Assembly: GCF_000019225.1 (NCBI RefSeq)
Contig: NC_010995.1
Location: 3,773,957 to 3,813,956 of the forward strand
DNA from: Cellvibrio japonicus Ueda107
GTDB lineage: Bacteria > Pseudomonadota > Gammaproteobacteria > Pseudomonadales > Cellvibrionaceae
Direction: 5' to 3'
Length of the DNA stretch: 40,000 nucleotides
Below the pieces are notes generated by a model that was given only the letters and a program-made list of their open reading frames with translations, ran no database searches and had not been told where the DNA came from. Shown here piece by piece: positions 35,158 through 40,000 of this stretch (its first letter is position 1; each line of letters opens with the position of its first letter). Both the position numbers and the translations under genes were made by a program.

Positions 35158-38100
35158 TTACGCAGGCTCCCCGGTCAACAATGGATTACTTTGCCCTGTC
35201 GAAGAAAGGCTCTCGGACAGAACTTCATTCATTATCGTCAGGAATACTTGTCGAATAGCCTCTGACAAGGCCACTGCCCGGGCAGGATGGAAATAGCCAG
35301 GAAATAAAGACTCCATATAATCAAACCCTTTGATAACCGTTTTGATATAAAAGCTCTGCTCTCGATAGCCTATTTCAAAATAAATCCGGTCATCGGCGAA
35401 CAGGGTTGGGTTATTGCGGGTTAAACTGATTTCGAGGGGTGTTATACCTTCGATGGTTCTATCCGCGACAGCCACAAAATCCCGCTGGGTAAAATTAATA
35501 TCAAATTGGGGCGTTTGCTGCGCCTGCATACCGGGGTGATCGGCCATGTGCTTGAGCGCAAAATAGGCTAACCCATCAGATGGCAATGCCGCTTTAGCCC
35601 GGTGTACCCTGTCAATGTGTGCCTGTACATTTACCGCTTCAACCTTTTCCACAAACAGTGGACAGCGATAATGGAAATCACCAATGGAACTCAGGATCTC
35701 ATCGCCAAATAGATCATTGGTTCTTCCGGATCTGAACAGGTTAACCAGCACAACCGGCGCAGATGTCCATGCAAGCAACACCTGGGTGACCGCACCAACA
35801 ACAGCATCCTCTAATGAATATCCTTTTTTACCCAGTCGGGAAACAAAGTTTGACAAGGTTTCATCTGCGGGAATAACGGCAACATTTGCATCTTTAATCG
35901 CCGCTTTCTCCTGCAATGACAACGCATCTCCAGACCACAACTTATCAAAAACTGCAGATAAATGATGTTTCTCTGCCGGCAAAATATGGCTTGCGCACAT
36001 CGTTTTCTCATCCTGGGCCGGATTGGCGACCTTAGTCCAAGGTAAATGCAACCAGTAATCCAGTTCTGACCTGGCTTCTGGTGAACGGACATAGGTCAAT
36101 TGCTTAGACTGCATTCGCTTAAACAAACCGGACTGTCCCTGCCCGCGCCGGTGATTGCCAGATAGTGCTTGATAGTAGTTCTGTATCAGCTGGAGTTTAA
36201 TCATTTCTAAACTCATGCCATCGGACACCCAATGATGGAATACCATCAACAGGCGCGTTTTCCCGGTCTCCGGTTGCAATAACAGATACGCCTTGGCAAG
36301 GGAGTCCTCTACCGAGAAGGTAAATGCATTGGCAATCAGCGAATCGCAAACAGTCGCTAAATCCCCCGCTTGCCCCGCATCAATATTGACCCTGGCCAAG
36401 GGCAAACGGGGCACACCTTCTGCAACAGAAAATCTTAGCGTATCGGTTAATGAAACCCGTAACCGCAAGGCTTCATTTTGCTGCACCAACACATTAAAGG
36501 CTTCTTCAAGTGCATCGATATTAATACGGGATGTATCAATCTCCATGAGCACAGGCAAAGTGTAATGGGCCAGTTTACGCTCGCGCCCCTGGTGGGCTTT
36601 TATTGAGTCTATTTCCTTGACAAGGATTAGCTCCCCAAGGTCTTCGACTACAGCCGTTTCCTGTGTCGGGACTTCCTCGTGCGATGTGTTCAAAGCGGCT
36701 TCCAGCAACAGGTAACACTGCTCAGAAAATCCTGCAATTGTGGGATGTTTGAGCAGCAAGGTAGCCGGCAACTTGACCGCAAAGAGATTTTGCAACCGAT
36801 TTTTGCAATCCATGGCCATCAGCGAGTTCAAGCCATATTCAAACAGATTGGTCGTCACCTCTATCTGTGCAGCATCATCAAATCCCAAAATATCGGCCAA
36901 TATTCCGCAGGATTTTTCCTGTACAAGGGCTGCCCGCAAAGGGGCTGGTGTCGAGCGATACAAAGAGGCGAAGTCGACACAGTCAGACACCTGGTCGTTT
37001 TTCTCCAAAAACCCGGATAGCAGTGTTTTCGATTTCAAACTGGCAGAATTATTAAACACTGCACGCCAGTTCATATCGAAGATACCCGCCTGCTCAACGC
37101 CATAGGCCAGCAACTCTTGCATCGCTAAAACCGCGGCCTTGGGATTCAGGGCCTTCATCCCCGAACTTTCCATCCGATCAATATCGCGCACATCCAGCTT
37201 GGAAGCCATGCCCACTTCAGCCCATGGCCCCCAGTTGATACTCAACGCGGGTAATCCCTGTTGCTGGCGATAGCGGCACAGTGCATCCATAAAGCTATTG
37301 GCCACTGCATAATTTGATTGCCCCGGCCAGCCGACAACTGCTGCAATTGACGAAAAACACACAAATATATCCAGAGGGCAGTGGCGAGTTGCCCGATGCA
37401 GGTTCCAGCTACCATTTACTTTTGACGCCAGTACCCGGGCAAATTTTTCCGGCGTTTGCTGGGCAATAACACCATCATCCAACACACCGGCAGAATGAAT
37501 AACACCGCGCAGGGGTTTCATCTCTGCATTGATGTATTCAACCAGCTGCTGAATATCAGACTCGCTGGTAACATCGGCCCTGGCAACCTTAACGATAATG
37601 CCCTGTGATTGGACACGTGCGATTGCCTGTTGCGCATAGGTATTGGGCTCATTGCGTCCGGTTAACACAATGGATTTGGCACCTTCATCAACCAGCCAGT
37701 CCATAATAGCCAGGCCAAGTCCACCCAACCCCCCGGTCACCAGATAGGTAGCATCCGGTCGAACAATCCCGGTTACCTTGCCATGTCGGGTAAATTTGCT
37801 GAGTTCCTGGTCGCAGGTAAAATCGACCAGTGAAAATCCGGATGACTGCCGTGCAGCATCCAACCAATCCCGGAGCGCTACCGGCGTTACACCCGCATCG
37901 CCGGGCATGGCCACTGAGCGCGCTACACACCTGGCGATTAATCTCTCCCGGTGGGCAATGAGATCCTGCCAACTCAAGCGGAGATAATGGATTTTTTGCT
38001 CTTGCACGATACGCAATACATCGGTACTGGCAGGCTCGCTGCTCCAATCCAGAAAGGTTGCAAAAACCTGCAAATGCCGCACTAATTTAACGTCTACAGG

Positions 38101-40000
38101 TGATTTTTCAGCATAAACCAGCAGGTCAATCGGGCGTTGCCCAGCGCAGAGCTCAGGCCAGTCATAATGATCCGTATTCACTTTAGTGATGTTGGCATCA
38201 CCGGGAAGGTCCAGCTTGTCCAACGCATTGGAGCACACGGTTATGTCAACACCTAAACCCATCGCCCGTTTAATCAGGGCCACACTGGCTTCATTGATGG
38301 GCCCGACATACACCATCGTATTGGGCCTGGTTTGTGTCAGCGCATATTCAACATTAATTTCTGACCACAGTTGGCGGGCAGCATTGTCGCAGGCCTCTTG
38401 CAATAACCGGTCGTCCGGCACGTGATATAAACCGTCCGTTCCCTGCTTGATGATGTCCGATTGAAGTTCATGCCATGGCAAAAGAACCCGGGTACCGACA
38501 GGATAAGCCGCTATGTTACTGCCTGTTGCGATTATCTCCCCTGCACACAAGTATTGGTTGCCAATCACCCAATCCGATACGAAGGTAGAGGCACAATCAA
38601 CGCGAATCAGCACTTCATTCCCGTCGGGAATAACGCCCCTTGGTGATCGCTCCACCATCGGTCGGTCATGAAGCAGGACCCTAAAAGAATCCCCCGGGCG
38701 TAAGGAGACGTTGCGATCGATATAATGACCAAGCTCGGTATTGGAAATCCTGCCCAGCCTATTGACCAATCTCGCTCCGTTACGGATAGCAATTTCCTGC
38801 TCCTGTCCGCCATAAAGGATTTCTTGTGACAACCGATCGATGGTGTCCGCACAGTCCCTATTATCAAGGTCAACCATCACCACCGAAAACTCAGGATGCT
38901 CAGACGACAGAACCCGTCCCAAGCCCCACAAGGTACTTTGGGAAAGGGTATTAATACCATCCTGATGCTGAGTGGACTGTCCGCCCTGTGTGACCAGGAA
39001 CAACGAGATATTGCGGGACCATTCAATACGCAACATCGCCTGGATAAAAGGAAGTGGCCCGTCGCAAACTCCGTTTTTCACAACAGCTGCAATATGGTCT
39101 ACCGACATCTCATCGGAAAAATCCATATCCAGTGAGGGCAAGTACACGATCGATTTACAGGTGGTTGCAGATTCCTTGAGTAAATTTTCCCAGTCCTCCA
39201 GATTGCGCGATTGCGCATCCCATAAAACAACCTGGCTGCCAGCGTTTTCAAGCTGTTCACGGATGTGATGCCCTAACCCACTGCAATCCGCAACAACCAG
39301 CACATGCCCCTCTTGCACAGCAGTGCGTTCCAGTTCAGCCTCATGCCAACGGAATTCGTAGAGCAAATCTGAAATAAGGGATTGTCCAGCGTTTATGGCT
39401 TTTAGCGATATACCCAGCACTTCCACTACAACATCGCCACCTTCATTGGCAATCACCAGGTCACCATAAATTTCCTGATGGTTTTTGAAATGTGTGATGA
39501 GATGTGCATAGCCTGTCTCGCCAGGCGTGGCATGAAATCGTAACTGGCGAATTGCAACGGGCAAATAGCCACTACTGATCGTTGGGAAAAGCCCCTGGAA
39601 GGCACCATCAAGAATCACAGGATTTAGCCTATGTTGCTGATGCTGCACGTGCATGGCTGCTGGCAAGGCTATCTGCACAAGCGATTCATCGTCCTTAAAC
39701 CAGGCCTGTTGTACCGCCTGGAACTTATCGCGATAATCCAACCCCAGGGACAAACAGTGTTGATAAAACTCCTGGGAAACATAGTGCGAGGGTAACCGCG
39801 ATTTTATTGACGCCACATCAATCGATTGTTTAACCGGTAGCGCCGCAACCTTACTAATTCTTCCACTGCTGAAGTAAGACCAGCTATCTGCCCCTGTATC
39901 TCGTGCCGCAATCTGATAATGGCGAGTATCCGGCTCCCACAAGGTTTCCATACGCAAGGTGCTGCTTTCCTGCAGAAATAAGGCTTTATGGAAAGCGAGG
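35158..40000 (-). CDS. Hybrid PKS/NRPS megasynthase, C-terminal part: DH - psiKR - degenerate ER - KR - ACP - condensation domain (5' end off window)
   Basis: The frame is open through base 40000, upstream of the track's TTG. DH C-terminal motif HRLNPVILDGAFQ. KR TYLVTGGLGGLG ... SSIAAVVGWPGQSNYAVAN with an LDD motif. ACP FEYGLNSLMAMD. C domain VFHHWVSDGMSL (HHxxxDG). Confidence 0.9.
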   Translation of the reverse strand, partial: LAFHKALFLQESSTLRMETLWEPDTRHYQIAARDTGADSWSYFSSGRISKVAALPVKQSIDVASIKSRLPSHYVSQEFYQHCLSLGLDYRDKFQAVQQAWFKDDESLVQIALPAAMHVQHQQHRLNPVILDGAFQGLFPTISSGYLPVAIRQLRFHATPGETGYAHLITHFKNHQEIYGDLVIANEGGDVVVEVLGISLKAINAGQSLISDLLYEFRWHEAELERTAVQEGHVLVVADCSGLGHHIREQLENAGSQVVLWDAQSRNLEDWENLLKESATTCKSIVYLPSLDMDFSDEMSVDHIAAVVKNGVCDGPLPFIQAMLRIEWSRNISLFLVTQGGQSTQHQDGINTLSQSTLWGLGRVLSSEHPEFSVVMVDLDNRDCADTIDRLSQEILYGGQEQEIAIRNGARLVNRLGRISNTELGHYIDRNVSLRPGDSFRVLLHDRPMVERSPRGVIPDGNEVLIRVDCASTFVSDWVIGNQYLCAGEIIATGSNIAAYPVGTRVLLPWHELQSDIIKQGTDGLYHVPDDRLLQEACDNAARQLWSEINVEYALTQTRPNTMVYVGPINEASVALIKRAMGLGVDITVCSNALDKLDLPGDANITKVNTDHYDWPELCAGQRPIDLLVYAEKSPVDVKLVRHLQVFATFLDWSSEPASTDVLRIVQEQKIHYLRLSWQDLIAHRERLIARCVARSVAMPGDAGVTPVALRDWLDAARQSSGFSLVDFTCDQELSKFTRHGKVTGIVRPDATYLVTGGLGGLGLAIMDWLVDEGAKSIVLTGRNEPNTYAQQAIARVQSQGIIVKVARADVTSESDIQQLVEYINAEMKPLRGVIHSAGVLDDGVIAQQTPEKFARVLASKVNGSWNLHRATRHCPLDIFVCFSSIAAVVGWPGQSNYAVANSFMDALCRYRQQQGLPALSINWGPWAEVGMASKLDVRDIDRMESSGMKALNPKAAVLAMQELLAYGVEQAGIFDMNWRAVFNNSASLKSKTLLSGFLEKNDQVSDCVDFASLYRSTPAPLRAALVQEKSCGILADILGFDDAAQIEVTTNLFEYGLNSLMAMDCKNRLQNLFAVKLPATLLLKHPTIAGFSEQCYLLLEAALNTSHEEVPTQETAVVEDLGELILVKEIDSIKAHQGRERKLAHYTLPVLMEIDTSRINIDALEEAFNVLVQQNEALRLRVSLTDTLRFSVAEGVPRLPLARVNIDAGQAGDLATVCDSLIANAFTFSVEDSLAKAYLLLQPETGKTRLLMVFHHWVSDGMSLEMIKLQLIQNYYQALSGNHRRGQGQSGLFKRMQSKQLTYVRSPEARSELDYWLHLPWTKVANPAQDEKTMCASHILPAEKHHLSAVFDKLWSGDALSLQEKAAIKDANVAVIPADETLSNFVSRLGKKGYSLEDAVVGAVTQVLLAWTSAPVVLVNLFRSGRTNDLFGDEILSSIGDFHYRCPLFVEKVEAVNVQAHIDRVHRAKAALPSDGLAYFALKHMADHPGMQAQQTPQFDINFTQRDFVAVADRTIEGITPLEISLTRNNPTLFADDRIYFEIGYREQSFYIKTVIKGFDYMESLFPGYFHPARAVALSEAIRQVFLTIMNEVLSESLSSTGQSNPLLTGEPA

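Overview
All calls come from reading the sequence and ORF track by eye; no searches, HMMs or statistics were run. The window has three blocks.

**Block 1 (1-9.0 kb, GC-rich, all minus strand).** It holds two paralogous Cys-type sulfatase lipoproteins. Upstream of them is a tightly coupled octaheme c-type cytochrome/TPR protein. A 7TM-sensor histidine kinase and a NarL/LuxR response regulator follow.

**Block 2 (about 9.1-19.86 kb, visibly AT-rich).** This is a complete chromosomal integron and the most interesting part of the window.
- It has an intact intI with a perfect LexA box in its promoter, an attI region, and a divergent array of about 11 cassettes separated by recognisable attC sites.
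- Cassettes encode a DUF2158 protein, several unknown small proteins, two nuclease-fold singletons, an HNH endonuclease, an inverted CcdA/CcdB module and a PAP2-like membrane protein. There are also decayed SymE-like and NYN/LOTUS remnants and an NTF2-like secreted protein.
- Two attC sites are occupied by mobile elements. One holds a group II intron, co-oriented with the cassettes. The other holds an IS1182-like IS inserted exactly at the GTT crossover.
- The orphan and nuclease cassettes are the best candidates for undescribed functions such as phage-defence cassettes.

**Block 3 (19.9-40 kb).** It starts with a TolC-HlyD-ABC2-ABC2 efflux operon with no ATPase gene, translationally coupled to a DUF924 gene. 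An SMR transporter, a large DUF748-like protein, a CWC cysteine-rich protein and clpB follow. The block ends with the tail of a secondary-metabolite cluster. That cluster is a PKS megasynthase (DH-psiKR-degenerate ER-KR-ACP-C, running off the window) plus a glycosyltransferase, a type II thioesterase and an MFS exporter.

No rRNA, tRNA or CRISPR array was seen. Long plus-strand ORFs in the GC-rich regions are antisense shadow ORFs.
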